IMG/VR virus record: IMGVR_UViG_2832220722_000003
Span: 1 to 64,000 of that record
Source of the DNA: a virus
Lineage: Duplodnaviria; Caudoviricetes
Length of the DNA: 64,000 nt
Direction: 5' to 3' (one strand)
Part shown: positions 19,901 through 28,334 of the stretch, piece by piece
Numbering within the stretch: position 1 is the first letter of the stretch
Layout: every line of letters begins with the position of its first letter
The notes under the pieces: model-generated
What the model saw: only the letters and a program-made list of their open reading frames with translations
What the model was told of the DNA's origin: nothing
Databases searched by the model: none
Position numbers and translations under genes: made by a program

Positions 19901-22900
19901 CCAGGCGCAACTCGGCGATTTCGTTGCTGTCGTAGCGGTCCAGGGCTTCCTGGGCCGCGTCGAATGCTTCCTGGTCATCGACGCGCAGCGCCTCCGAGCG
20001 CTTGGTCAGCAGGGCGTCGTACTCCCTGATGATCTTGTCGTCGCCCTTGGCCTTGGGCACGGATCGGTCCAGAAACACCAGCTGCGTGCCCTTGTCGTCA
20101 CGCCACTTGTCGTAGATGCGCTTGACGTTCTCGCTCACCACCTGCAGCTTGCCGCCTTCCTCCTGGCTGGCGCTGCGCGGATCCACGGCGCGAATGTCCA
20201 GGGACAGCTTGCGCGCCCGGTCCATCAAGCGCAGACGCTCGGCGTTGCGCTCGTATGGGTCTTTGATGTCCTCCAGGCCATCAAAGCTGGCCATCACCGC
20301 CTTCAACTCGGCATCCTGGGCTGGGGTGGGCTTGATCGTCACCAGTTGGCGGTCCTTGCCCCCGGCGATCTTGGGCACAGGGAAGGCGGCGCCGTCGTTG
20401 TCCTCGGCGTAGAAGCGCTTGATGTCGTCCAGGCTCACCGCGTCCGTCACCTGGTAGTACAGGTCCATCAGCGAGCGCATGTTGGACCAGGTGCGGCCCA
20501 GGCGCGTCACCTGCTTGAGGCGGCCCGATTCGGTCGGCTCAAAGGCCGGCGTGGCCTCCACGAACTGGGCGCGGAAGGCGTCGAAGTGGGTCAGCCCCAT
20601 TTCCTCCAGCGAGTCGGCGGCGAGGTAGCGCAGCATGGTGAACATCTCCACCGCGCTGTTGCTGATGGGCGTGCCCGTCAGGAACGTGACGCTGCCCGTG
20701 GGCTGCTCGCGCAGCACGCGCACCTTGTTGTACAGGTCGTTCGCCTTGCGCGAGCCGGTCTTGTCGCCCATGCCGCGCACGCCGGTCAGGTTGGACGAGT
20801 AGTAGAGGTTCTTGAACTCGTGGGCCTCGTCCACGGTCATGTCGTCCACGCCCAACTGCTCGAAAGTCAGCAGGCGGTCGCGCACGCCCTCGGCCAGGCG
20901 GTCCATGCGGCCCTGGATCTTCTCGGCCAGGCGCTCGGCCTCCTTCACGCCGAAGGGCTTGCGCCGGCCACCGTCCTGGCCGTCCTCGCGCGCCTGCTGC
21001 CATGCGTCCTCGATGGCGGCCTGGGCCTGGGCCATTTCCAGCTGCAGGTAGCGGCTTTCCGTCTCGGGCGCGATGCCGATGAAGCCGAAGGACGAATGGG
21101 GCACGATCACGATGTCCCAGTCGCCCGTGGCGATCTTGCCGAACAGGCGGCGGCGGCGCTTGGCCTCGAAGTCCTTCTTGCCGGCGGCCAGCACCTTGGC
21201 GCCCGGGTACAGGCGGTACACGTCCGCCTCCCACTGCTCCACCAGGTGGTTGGGCACGACGATCATCGGCTTGCGCGACAGCCCCATGCGGCGGCGCTCC
21301 ATGGCCCGCGCGATGGCGGTGAAGGTCTTGCCCGCGCCCACGGCGTGGTCCACCAGCATGAAGCGCTCGTAGATGCCGCGCCAGATGGCATTCATCTGGT
21401 GGCGGCGCATCTTGATGAGGGTGTCCGGCACCTTGCCGGGCAGCTGCAGGTGCTGGCCGTTGAACTGGCGCACCACGCGGGTGTTGAACTTCTCGTTGAA
21501 GATGCCCACCAGGTGCTGGCGCCGGTCGCCGTCCTTGAACACCCAGTCCCCGAACTCGGCTTCGATTTCGCGCGCCTTGAGCCCCGCGAGCGCGGTCTTC
21601 TCCTTGTCGATGTAGGTGTTGCCGTCCGCATCGCGGCCCGTCACCGTCACGGCCTTGCTGTTCAGCACGCGCGACACGATGTAATCGACCGGCGCCCCCT
21701 CGGTGCTCCAGTTGGCCATGGCCGCGCGGTCACTGCTGTCCAGGCTCACGTTGAAGCTGTTGGTCAGCGGCGAGAACGACACGCGGGCCTTCCCTCCTGC
21801 CAGGTGCTGCACGAAGTCCGCGTACACGTCTGCCGGCACCCAGGTGCCGCCCAGCGTGACCGTGACGTTTTCGGCCGTCCAGTCGGCGGGGATTACCCTC
21901 TCCAGCGCCTGCACGTTCTGCGCCATGCCGGCCGCGCGCGCGGCGTTCAGCTTGCGCTTGACCAGGCCCGACAGGTAGGCGTCGGCCGTCTCCCAGGTCT
22001 GCGTCTCGGGGTCTTGGAACACCAGCGGTTCATCGCCCTGCTGCAGTTGCTGCGCCGCCTCGGCCTGGTTCACGCCCAGCAGCGAAGCGATGCGCTCCAT
22101 GTCCACCCGGCCGCGCTCGGCCAGGGTGATGGCCAGGGCATCAGAAGCCGTCGCAGCCTTGGTCGCGGGCTCGTACTTCGGCACCACGCGCTCGCGCAGG
22201 ATTGGCGCGGCCGTTGCCTGCTCCTTCTGCGCGGGTAGGCCCGAGCGGGCGGCCTGCTCGGCGGTGCGCGCAGGCTGGTAGCCCACCTCCAGGGCCGCCA
22301 CCAGCCCGCCATCGGGCATCGTCATGGCCATCTTGAGGTTGGTGGAGCGGTTCACCGGGCCGTTCGCCTTCACGAAAGCCTCGTATGCCTTGGCCAGCGC
22401 CTTGCGGTTGCCCTCCATCACGGCCTGAGCCGCGTCGGCGGTTTCCAGCACCAGCTGGCGCTTGAGCAGGTCGCGCAGCCCCACCAACCCCTCCAGGCGC
22501 TGCATGCCCAGCTTGCCCAGGCGCATTTTCTCGGGCACATCGGCCGGCGTGTCGAACACCTTGCGCTCGTACAGGTTGCGGCGCGTCTCCTTGCCGTCAT
22601 CGCCCAGCGCCTTGAGCTTGTTGCCCTCGGCGTCCGTGGCCTGCTCCAGCACGTACCACTTGCCGCTGGCGTCCTGGCTCAGGGAGTCGTGCCAGGGACT
22701 GGCCTCGTTGATAGGCTGGTAGGCGAGCTCGTAGTCCCCCTCGGGCGTCTCGCGCTCGATGACGCGCAGTAGCCCCTCGGGCGTGCGCTTGACGTGGCCG
22801 GCTTCCTCGTTGGCGACGGCGATGCGCAGGGCGTCGCTCATGCTCTTGTGGCGCGCGGCCGTGGCGGCCAGCACCTGCTGGTCGAAGTTCTGGATGTTCT

Positions 22901-25900
22901 CGGGCAGGCGGGCCACGGCCTCGCGCAGCAGCGCGCCCAGCTCGGCCGGCCTGTCCAGGCGTACGGTGATGTCGGCGCCGTGCTGCGTGGAGCCGGAGCG
23001 CTCCAGCACGCCCAGCACGTTGCGGGCGTTGTCGCGGAAATAGGCGTTGACCGTCATGGCCTCGCCGCCCAGCGGATCGGGCACCTGCACGGTTTCCACC
23101 CAGGCCGGCACCAGCGCGGCGGCGGCCGTGTCGGCATCCTTCTTCTTGGCGGCCACCTTGCGGTACTCGGCCACGGCCGCCTCCATGGCAGCCTGCGCGC
23201 CCGCGTCCAGCTTCTGGAAGATCAGGATGTCCGTCACCACATCGGTGCGCGCGTTCTCCTTGAATGCCGTGTCGGGCAGGCGGAAGGCGGCCACCAGCTT
23301 TGCCTGCTGGGCCAGCGCCAGGCGCGTGCTCTTGTCCTGGGCGTCCATGAGGAAGCGCGACACCACCATGGCCTGCAGCCCCCCGGGGCGCAGCGCGTCC
23401 ATGCCGGCGCGGAAGAACTGGTTGTGGATCGACACACCCTGCAACTCGGGCTTGAACTGGAAGCGCAGGGACTCGCTGCCGAATGGCGGGTTGCCGATGT
23501 TCAGCATGAAAGCGTTGTCCGCCACCGGCACCTTCTGGAAGCCGGAGTGCAGCACCGTCGCCTGCGGGTACAGGGCCTGGCCGATTCGCGCCGTCAGGCT
23601 GTCGTACTCCACGCCCACGAAGCGGTTGGCCATGTCCTTGGGCGCCAGCCCCAGGAAGTTGCCCGTGCCCATGGACGATTCCAGCACCAGGCCGCCCCGG
23701 TAGCCCAGGCGGCGCACCATGTCCCACATGGCGGATACCACGGTCTGCGACGTGTAGTGCGCGTTGCGCGTGGAGCGGCGCGCGGCGGCGTATTCCTCCT
23801 TGGTCAGCAGGTCGCGCAGCGCCTCGCCGCGCTCCTTCCACTTGTCCTTGAAGTTGCCGCTGATGGGGTCGGGGAAGGCACTGGCCAGGCCGCCCCAGCC
23901 CACGTAGCGCGCCAGCAAGGCCTGCTCGTCGGGGCTCGCGCGGCGGCCCTCGGCCTCGATGTGCTTGAGCGCACGGATCGCGGCCAGGTTGTCGTTGAAC
24001 TTCTGAACCTCGCCGCCCTTGCCCAGCTCCACGTCATCGGTGATCTGGAAATCGGCGGCCGGAATGTTCGGGGCGCTGGCCTCACCCCCGGGGACGGCTA
24101 CTCGGCCATCGTCTTCCGGTACGCGCGCTCCTGCGCGGCTATTTCCTTGCGCTCCCACGGCGCCAGGTTGGTGGCGGGCTCGGGTTTGAGCAGGACGAAC
24201 TGCGGGAGCGCCACTTCCTCCGCTTCGTGCTGCTGGAAGCCCTGCGCCATTAGGTCCAGCACCTGCTGCTGCGTTGCCTTGCCGGCCGTCTGCAGGGCTT
24301 GCTCCAGTTCCCCGCTCGCCTTCAACTCGGCCACCTTCTGCGGCAGCCACTTGGCCCAGTGCTTGCGGGCCATCGCCTCGTATGTCTGCGCGCTCATTGC
24401 CTGTCTCTCCGTTCTGGTCGGCGCCGGCCGGCGCTTCGTCCATGGTATCGGTTTCCGGTTCTGCCGGGGTGGCGTTGTGCGCCTCGATTTCCGCCTTGTC
24501 CTCGATGTCGATCACCGCGCGCTTGGTGTCAACGCCCTGCTTGCCGCCGGCCATGGCGATGTAGGCGCCCTGCAGGTGATCCAGGGTCAGCGCATCGGCC
24601 GCGGCCGCGCCCAGGTGCTCGCGGATTTGGTCGAGCGAGAACTTCGCCGCGTCCTTGAACTTGTGATACCCCAGGCGGAAAGCCGCGTCGAGCACGCGCG
24701 TCAGCACCGGCAGCAGCTTCTGCTCCTGCTCGGGCATCATGTTCAAGCGCGTGCCCTTGCCCAGGATGTCGCCCAGGTCCGCCAGGGCGTTCATCAGGTC
24801 GGCCTTGGCGCGGGTCTGGTCGGCGCTGGGCTTCTTCTTGACCGTGGTGGACGGCTGCGGCGCGGGGGCTGGCGAGGCCAGCACGGCCCGAATGTCATCT
24901 GCCGTGAAGTCTTCTTCCAGCTTCATGGTGACAGAATCCACTTGCGCCTCTGTAAGCCCAAGAGGGCGTAGCTTTTCGATCAGCGCAGCCTTGTCGATGT
25001 CTCCGTCAACATACGCTCGCACTGCCGATATGGCCGGGTTGATCTTGTCGGCGTCCTTCATATTGGCGGGCGCTTGTGCTGGAGCTGACGCGGCTGTGGC
25101 TTCCGCCTCCAGCTTGGCCAGCAGCGCGCGCTTGGCAGCCAGCGAGGTCTTGCCCGTGGCGCGCACGCCCTTGGTGTCGTTGTTGGACACGGCCACCTCG
25201 GCGTAGAAGTGGCCGTCCATGTCCTTCGTCACCACGCCGCCCGTGCGGCCGATGCTGGCCAGCAGGCGCTTTTCCTCGGCCTCGCTCCAGGCGGCTTCCC
25301 TCGGAGCCAGCGCAGGCGCGGCGCGCTTCTTCGTCTTGGTCGGATCACGGACCCATGCCTTGAATTCGTCCTGCGTCATCTGCGTGATGGCGCCCAGGCC
25401 GGTCCAGCCCCTCTCGTAGTTGCCCAGGTACGTGGCGCGCGCGCCGGCCTCGTCGGCCGCGCCCATCACCACCTTGTGCTCGTCAAAGGAACCATCCTCG
25501 TTCACCTGGTCCACCACGAACACCGGCAGGTCGGGGTCGGCGGCGCGGTTGGTCATGAACACGTCCACGTGGTCCTTGTCCGCGCCCACGGAGCCCTTGA
25601 AGTAGCCGTAGTGGTTCTTGAGCGGCGGCCACTCCGGGCGACGGCGGCTGCCGGCCGGGTTCTCGATGCTGATGTCCAGGCCGTTGAGGCGAACGTGCCC
25701 CTTCTTGTAATTGCCGGCCTCGATCTGCGCCTCGGTGGGCGCAGGCAGGTCGTTCTTGTGGCTGGTCGCGGCCTCGTGGGCGGCGGCGGTCACTGCTGCG
25801 GTTTCGGTCTGGGCATCCTGCCGCTCAGTCGTCAACGATTCGTTGACAACTGCCTGGCGCGGGATGGCGGCCGGCGCCGGTTTGGCCGTGGCACCAGGGC

Positions 25901-28280
25901 CGGCAGACCGCACCGTAACGGGCGCGGCTTCGGCCTGGACCTGGGGCGCGATGGCGGCGGCGATCTTGAGCTTGATGTCGCCGTTCAGGTTCTCCCACTG
26001 CGCGCGCGGCAGGTTCTTGGCCAGGACCGGCTTGACCCCATCCAGGCGCGCGGTGATGGCCTGGCGGTCGGCCACGGGCATGCGCGTCCAGGCCGCGCCA
26101 GCGTCATCGAGGCGCTGCGCACGCTGGGCGCGCGCGGCGTCGTTGGTCAGCCCTTGGGCTGCAGCGGCAGGTGCTGCGCCAGCTTGTTCAAGGCCGGCAC
26201 CTTGTCCGGCAACTGCACCGCCCGGCGCTGCTCCTGCTTGCGCTGGTTGCGCGCTGCCTTGCTGGGCTTGAGTGGTTTCCGCGCCATTGGTTTTCGCTCC
26301 TTCATTGATAGCTGATTGCGCGGTTTTCGCGCGGGTTTGAAGCTCTTTTTGAATCTTTTTCTGGCGGCCGTGGTCGGCGGGCAAGAGGCTGGCCAGCTGG
26401 TTCAACTCCTCGGTGCTCAGATCGGGCAGTTGCTTGCGGTTCAACTGCGCCAGGGTCGCCACGCTGGCGCCCTCGGCCTTGGAGCCAGGCGCGGCCCGCG
26501 CCGCATCGCTCGCACCCTGGATGTCGATGCGGTCGGGCACCGCGCCGGCATCCTCTTGCACGCGGGCAAAGGCGCTGTCGGGCGCGTCGGGCATGCTCGC
26601 GGCGGCCTGCTCGGCGCGCAGCTCAGCCTGTAGGGCGTCTTCCTCGCGGTTGGCGCGGCGGCGGCTCAGTTCCTGGGCCAGCTGGCGGCGCACATCCTTG
26701 GACTGCGCAGCGCGGAAGGCCGTGGACAGGTCGGCATCGCTCCACTGCGAAACGCTGGTGTCCGAAATCTCGCCAGTATTCGGGTCAACCGCTTGCGCTG
26801 CCGTGCTTTCCCGCTCCTTTTTTTGATCCGCAGGCTTCGCCTTCTTGGCGTCCTCTGCGGCCTGGGCCAGCATCGTGGCCTGCTGCACCTCGGCGCTGGC
26901 GCCGGTATCCACGGCCAGCGCGGCGGCGTTCTCCAGCGTGCCGGCAGCGGGGCCGGGGCGCAGACCCATGGCTTCTGACGGGCGCGGCGTGGTAGCGCCC
27001 GTGGACTGATAAATCTCGTCGTCCGGGCTCTCCATGGCGCGGCCCGCCGCGATCTGCGCATCGCGCTCGGCCTGAGCTTGGGCCTGCTGGCGCGCCAGCG
27101 CGGCGGCACCATCGGGCGGCGCGGCCTGCGGAACCTGGGGTTCGCCCTGCTCCTGCTCCTGCAGAGCCTTGAGGCGCGCGGCGAACTCGTTGCTCACGCG
27201 CTCCAGCCCCGCATTGGGGGCCGCAGGCGGCGCGCCAAGATCGGCCGGCGCAGCATCCCCGGGAGCGGGCGCCCCGCCCTGTTTGCCCCGGGCGGCGGCC
27301 TCGTGCAAGCCATGGAAGCCGGACGCGCCAGCCCCCATAGCCCCACCGGACAGCACGCCCATGACGGCTGCCGAATCCAGGTCTTCGTACCAAGGCTTGT
27401 CCAGCGCGACGTTCTGGAAAATCTGCTCGGCCATCGACTGCGGCAGTTCCTCCAGGAAGCCCTCGGAAATCGCGCCCTCGATGACCTTGCGCGGGATGCT
27501 CTTGACCGCGGCGTCAGCCACCAGGGGGTTGGCGGCGGCGCGCGCGGCCGTGTCGGCGGCCTGCTTGTCCAGCCCCTTCATGCCCTGCGCCAGCATCGTG
27601 TCGGCCTCGCCGATGCCCAGGCGGTTCGCCACCTTGCCGCCCAGCGCGCCGAATGCGGTCGTGGCAACGCCCGTGGCGCCAGCCAGTGCCGCCTGCTCTG
27701 GCGTCAGCAGCCCATCCTTGGTTTCCTGGCGAATCTGCTCGGCGGCGGAACCTGCGCCCGTCACACCTTCACCGATGGCGCCGGCTGCCCAGGGCGCCAC
27801 GCGCGGCGCGGCGGCCAGCAAGCCCCGCGCGGCCACACCGCCCGCGCCCATGCTGGGCAGGGACTCGCCCACCGCCGTGGCGATCAGGCTGGGGTTCTGG
27901 ATGGCCGTGACGGTCTTGTCCACGATGCCATCGGCCGCCTGAAACTTGCGCTGCGCTTCCTTGGTCGCGTCTGAGTGCCAGTCGTTGGCAACTTCCTTGG
28001 CCTGCTTGAAGCGCAGGCCCACCGCACCACCCTCGTTCTCCAGGAACTTGCCCACGGCGCCGCCCGTAGGGATGTCGGCCAGGCCCACCAGGGCCTCGGG
28101 CACGCCGATGGCGCCCTTCACAGCAGTAGCGGCAACGTCCTGAGCCCAGCCTTTTAAGCCGCGCGGCGCGGCGGGAGCCTTGTCGGCATCGGGGCCGTAG
28201 TCCTCGTTCCAAGGCTCGGCGCCGCCATCGGCCGCGCCACCACCGTACTGTTGTTCCCAGGGTTTCTTTGCATCGGTCAT
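13986..28280 (-). CDS. darB: Giant DarB-like polyvalent (likely injected) protein: InPase-like domain, N6-adenine methyltransferase, SNF2-type helicase, HExxH peptidase-like domain and PLxRFG domain
   Basis: PTEAQIEAGNYKKGH...ADKDHVDVF; MTase motifs LESSMGTGNF and GNPPF; Walker A HAVGAGKT; DEAH box; QREGRAIRQGN; FMHEMIH; YAPLSRFG. Confidence 0.88.
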   Translation of the reverse strand: MTDAKKPWEQQYGGGAADGGAEPWNEDYGPDADKAPAAPRGLKGWAQDVAATAVKGAIGVPEALVGLADIPTGGAVGKFLENEGGAVGLRFKQAKEVANDWHSDATKEAQRKFQAADGIVDKTVTAIQNPSLIATAVGESLPSMGAGGVAARGLLAAAPRVAPWAAGAIGEGVTGAGSAAEQIRQETKDGLLTPEQAALAGATGVATTAFGALGGKVANRLGIGEADTMLAQGMKGLDKQAADTAARAAANPLVADAAVKSIPRKVIEGAISEGFLEELPQSMAEQIFQNVALDKPWYEDLDSAAVMGVLSGGAMGAGASGFHGLHEAAARGKQGGAPAPGDAAPADLGAPPAAPNAGLERVSNEFAARLKALQEQEQGEPQVPQAAPPDGAAALARQQAQAQAERDAQIAAGRAMESPDDEIYQSTGATTPRPSEAMGLRPGPAAGTLENAAALAVDTGASAEVQQATMLAQAAEDAKKAKPADQKKERESTAAQAVDPNTGEISDTSVSQWSDADLSTAFRAAQSKDVRRQLAQELSRRRANREEDALQAELRAEQAAASMPDAPDSAFARVQEDAGAVPDRIDIQGASDAARAAPGSKAEGASVATLAQLNRKQLPDLSTEELNQLASLLPADHGRQKKIQKELQTRAKTAQSAINEGAKTNGAETTQAQQGSAQPAQAGAAPGGAVAGQGAGLEQAGAAPAAAAQGLTNDAARAQRAQRLDDAGAAWTRMPVADRQAITARLDGVKPVLAKNLPRAQWENLNGDIKLKIAAAIAPQVQAEAAPVTVRSAGPGATAKPAPAAIPRQAVVNESLTTERQDAQTETAAVTAAAHEAATSHKNDLPAPTEAQIEAGNYKKGHVRLNGLDISIENPAGSRRRPEWPPLKNHYGYFKGSVGADKDHVDVFMTNRAADPDLPVFVVDQVNEDGSFDEHKVVMGAADEAGARATYLGNYERGWTGLGAITQMTQDEFKAWVRDPTKTKKRAAPALAPREAAWSEAEEKRLLASIGRTGGVVTKDMDGHFYAEVAVSNNDTKGVRATGKTSLAAKRALLAKLEAEATAASAPAQAPANMKDADKINPAISAVRAYVDGDIDKAALIEKLRPLGLTEAQVDSVTMKLEEDFTADDIRAVLASPAPAPQPSTTVKKKPSADQTRAKADLMNALADLGDILGKGTRLNMMPEQEQKLLPVLTRVLDAAFRLGYHKFKDAAKFSLDQIREHLGAAAADALTLDHLQGAYIAMAGGKQGVDTKRAVIDIEDKAEIEAHNATPAEPETDTMDEAPAGADQNGETGNERADIRGDGPQALGQVAAAEGGRVEGERGTGASPADGRQGNAAAGAGPNGAGLPAARSGGSGAPAVRPAQTRARHQPGAVGAQGNSRAGARVPEDDGRVAVPGGEASAPNIPAADFQITDDVELGKGGEVQKFNDNLAAIRALKHIEAEGRRASPDEQALLARYVGWGGLASAFPDPISGNFKDKWKERGEALRDLLTKEEYAAARRSTRNAHYTSQTVVSAMWDMVRRLGYRGGLVLESSMGTGNFLGLAPKDMANRFVGVEYDSLTARIGQALYPQATVLHSGFQKVPVADNAFMLNIGNPPFGSESLRFQFKPELQGVSIHNQFFRAGMDALRPGGLQAMVVSRFLMDAQDKSTRLALAQQAKLVAAFRLPDTAFKENARTDVVTDILIFQKLDAGAQAAMEAAVAEYRKVAAKKKDADTAAAALVPAWVETVQVPDPLGGEAMTVNAYFRDNARNVLGVLERSGSTQHGADITVRLDRPAELGALLREAVARLPENIQNFDQQVLAATAARHKSMSDALRIAVANEEAGHVKRTPEGLLRVIERETPEGDYELAYQPINEASPWHDSLSQDASGKWYVLEQATDAEGNKLKALGDDGKETRRNLYERKVFDTPADVPEKMRLGKLGMQRLEGLVGLRDLLKRQLVLETADAAQAVMEGNRKALAKAYEAFVKANGPVNRSTNLKMAMTMPDGGLVAALEVGYQPARTAEQAARSGLPAQKEQATAAPILRERVVPKYEPATKAATASDALAITLAERGRVDMERIASLLGVNQAEAAQQLQQGDEPLVFQDPETQTWETADAYLSGLVKRKLNAARAAGMAQNVQALERVIPADWTAENVTVTLGGTWVPADVYADFVQHLAGGKARVSFSPLTNSFNVSLDSSDRAAMANWSTEGAPVDYIVSRVLNSKAVTVTGRDADGNTYIDKEKTALAGLKAREIEAEFGDWVFKDGDRRQHLVGIFNEKFNTRVVRQFNGQHLQLPGKVPDTLIKMRRHQMNAIWRGIYERFMLVDHAVGAGKTFTAIARAMERRRMGLSRKPMIVVPNHLVEQWEADVYRLYPGAKVLAAGKKDFEAKRRRRLFGKIATGDWDIVIVPHSSFGFIGIAPETESRYLQLEMAQAQAAIEDAWQQAREDGQDGGRRKPFGVKEAERLAEKIQGRMDRLAEGVRDRLLTFEQLGVDDMTVDEAHEFKNLYYSSNLTGVRGMGDKTGSRKANDLYNKVRVLREQPTGSVTFLTGTPISNSAVEMFTMLRYLAADSLEEMGLTHFDAFRAQFVEATPAFEPTESGRLKQVTRLGRTWSNMRSLMDLYYQVTDAVSLDDIKRFYAEDNDGAAFPVPKIAGGKDRQLVTIKPTPAQDAELKAVMASFDGLEDIKDPYERNAERLRLMDRARKLSLDIRAVDPRSASQEEGGKLQVVSENVKRIYDKWRDDKGTQLVFLDRSVPKAKGDDKIIREYDALLTKRSEALRVDDQEAFDAAQEALDRYDSNEIAELRLAQTSPWSAYQQIKDNLIAAGIPADEIRFVQEANNDEQKAALFDAVNGGKVRVLIGSTPRMGAGTNVQQRVVGLHHVDVTWKPSDIEQREGRAIRQGNELLAKYGDDFEVELLAYATERTTDAKMWDLNATKLRTINGIRKYTGAFTMEFEDEEAVGMAEMAALASGNPMLLERVKVESEIQTLELQERAHRRKMWGVEDELRFARQAIKDNPGRIEAAEQRRTQAKDAIAALEAEQDARSVTIEGKAYGTVKDAFAAAEAIVKDQQGGNDKARYAVTINGRRVTTKDGISDQITAALGDVDPFAATVGGKVFTQRTAAAREAAERMNQAMKGQDELQNFALGEMLGYQLVGDLVPMPMKDGATVYEPSLTLMDGDRTVASHSGNVQTGDLTATNLRGLLQSLVNDIYRNARSTDPEYLARQMAQAERDLPALEARKGEGFPKAQELATKRARLAELVTLLEGKQQAEPTTEAQAEADENPDEAHAGVRAAPADTFAAEVMAELAAVDELFQNPVVRAGSAEAALRQIDPSVKFVGDVTAEDERQESGADTKLMFRTAKGRDFYVYEKGNELWLDVSRLDEGDGGNAIYAALMDYAASEGKVFIGDPTGLSDVAMRRRLEAMISSAIKHGSTDHMEPHARQVEGDEKLGIPALQWRGGDTIGNIQRMIDVSLASIAAHVPEFRRARYDFTTGTFRNSQGAPLSDEVLRGWASKFGRVRAAGAGERTLKRGILLNTLARTESSQRPGLLEQALRQPRQLVGEQAKGIFYKGGQARAASRTSTGTPTDRAIMDMVGEGRDAASILRMIAGTSRSPFNRKVARLLTKTGAAPAVALSQESMGGADGFTFLAKYSRKNDTLTLTPGAQAQAEHIFMHEMIHAATLRALDRKGLASLQMRRLYEHVKRQSGAAGQYGMKNVGEFVAEAFTNPAFQRALRKMEAPSGSTLKTAWDGFVRILRSILGLQQDSTDALSKALELGVAVMGEDKALRGRGARGQGAAPAEDAAHFGAADFNRLKSSAIDQITQTFTHPGKVSLWDKTVGTMRHLGERVPQFKPVFDAAQRFIDDVSMLANDAADAAPRLMPRVETLADLKKKPITAADNKAVAKPLFEGTLMWARDLDGEPVTTEALNDKYRNASADEKAQILLRTGKIQPQMLKVWQGQPLDRFEAIINNKFESTILKPGIVWSAKELKTLFGLSDGQVSLYQEARAAIDRSIDMTARTDMLRLMGEAYAPMREAVLGQPTLRDAFDLVVETLQGDARENEEQADRLLQISNQVVTRHETANELMDHGYAPLSRFGRYTVDVVDQGGERQYFGMFESQREANQMKLKMASVFPGAAITQGTMSQQAFKLFQGITPESLEQFGEMLGLSGSGGEAKDKAFQAYLQLAKNNHSALKRLIHRKGIDGYSEDVGRVLASFVYSNARLGSGGLNAGTMEKAVESIPKEMGELRDVAMGLRSYIQDPQEEGQAVRGMLFAQYLGGSAASAMVNMTQPFQITMPWLSQYGGMKQAAGQMARALNDMRKSWTDKNFQYEPDLAKALQDAVDDGTVSPQEIHQLMAQARGTGSLRTGDGTRLGDARATAANNWERVKVAWGQPFALAEQFNRRSTFIAAYRTAKERGMESPAEFARKAVLETQFLYSKANKPKWARGAIGGTLFTFKTYSVSYLELMHRMWTQGGPEGKRAVGWSVAMLLLMAGAGGLPFMEDAEDLIDGAGQLMGYNFSTKQARKEFLSSIVGKELSEFMEQGITGLPGMPVDVGGRLGMQNLIPGTGLALEKKDRMRDLLEIAGPAGDLVARGFSGAREAIGGVLKGDASALGRAALEVAPTAVRNAFKGADMAASGIYKDTKGYKVMDVTLDEALAKMVGFQPKSVAEDSEATGFKLRTKSFYIQQSSEIKAQWADALFRKDEDALQRVRDRLAAWNRNNPDLPITVKIPDIMKKVREMGKDRTQRIADTAPKALRQQMREMAAEVR
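17627..17872 (-). CDS. Possible small overprinted ORF inside the darB-like gene
   Basis: Alternative-frame ORF ...LKAHPFLMRCYEGGHLSLAECERQ...DPDYWSKLYGSRVNW coincides with a local drop in GC3; start uncertain. Confidence 0.35.
   Translation of the reverse strand: MSPNFAAPATTSPPEPSATLKAHPFLMRCYEGGHLSLAECERQALGSERLKEAFSSIPWHVQRAAKDPDYWSKLYGSRVNW
24098..24397 (-). CDS. Overprinted 99-aa ORF inside the darB-like gene (same strand, shifted frame)
   Basis: Protein-like helical sequence MSAQTYEAMARKHWAKWLPQKVAELKASGEL...; SD GGAGAG upstream; the DarB frame here is a G/A/R/P low-complexity linker. Confidence 0.65.
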   Translation of the reverse strand: MSAQTYEAMARKHWAKWLPQKVAELKASGELEQALQTAGKATQQQVLDLMAQGFQQHEAEEVALPQFVLLKPEPATNLAPWERKEIAAQERAYRKTMAE

Positions 28281-28310
28281 GCGCGCATGCTCGCGGGCGC
28301 ATGCCGATGC

Positions 28311-28327
28311 GTCGAACCCTATGCTGG
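28311..28327 (-). promoter_or_regulatory. Late-promoter motif copy 4
   Basis: GTCGAACCCTATGCTGG; AACCCTAT at 28315-28322, 35 nt from the darB ATG. Confidence 0.7.
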
Positions 28328-28334
28328 GGCTGTC

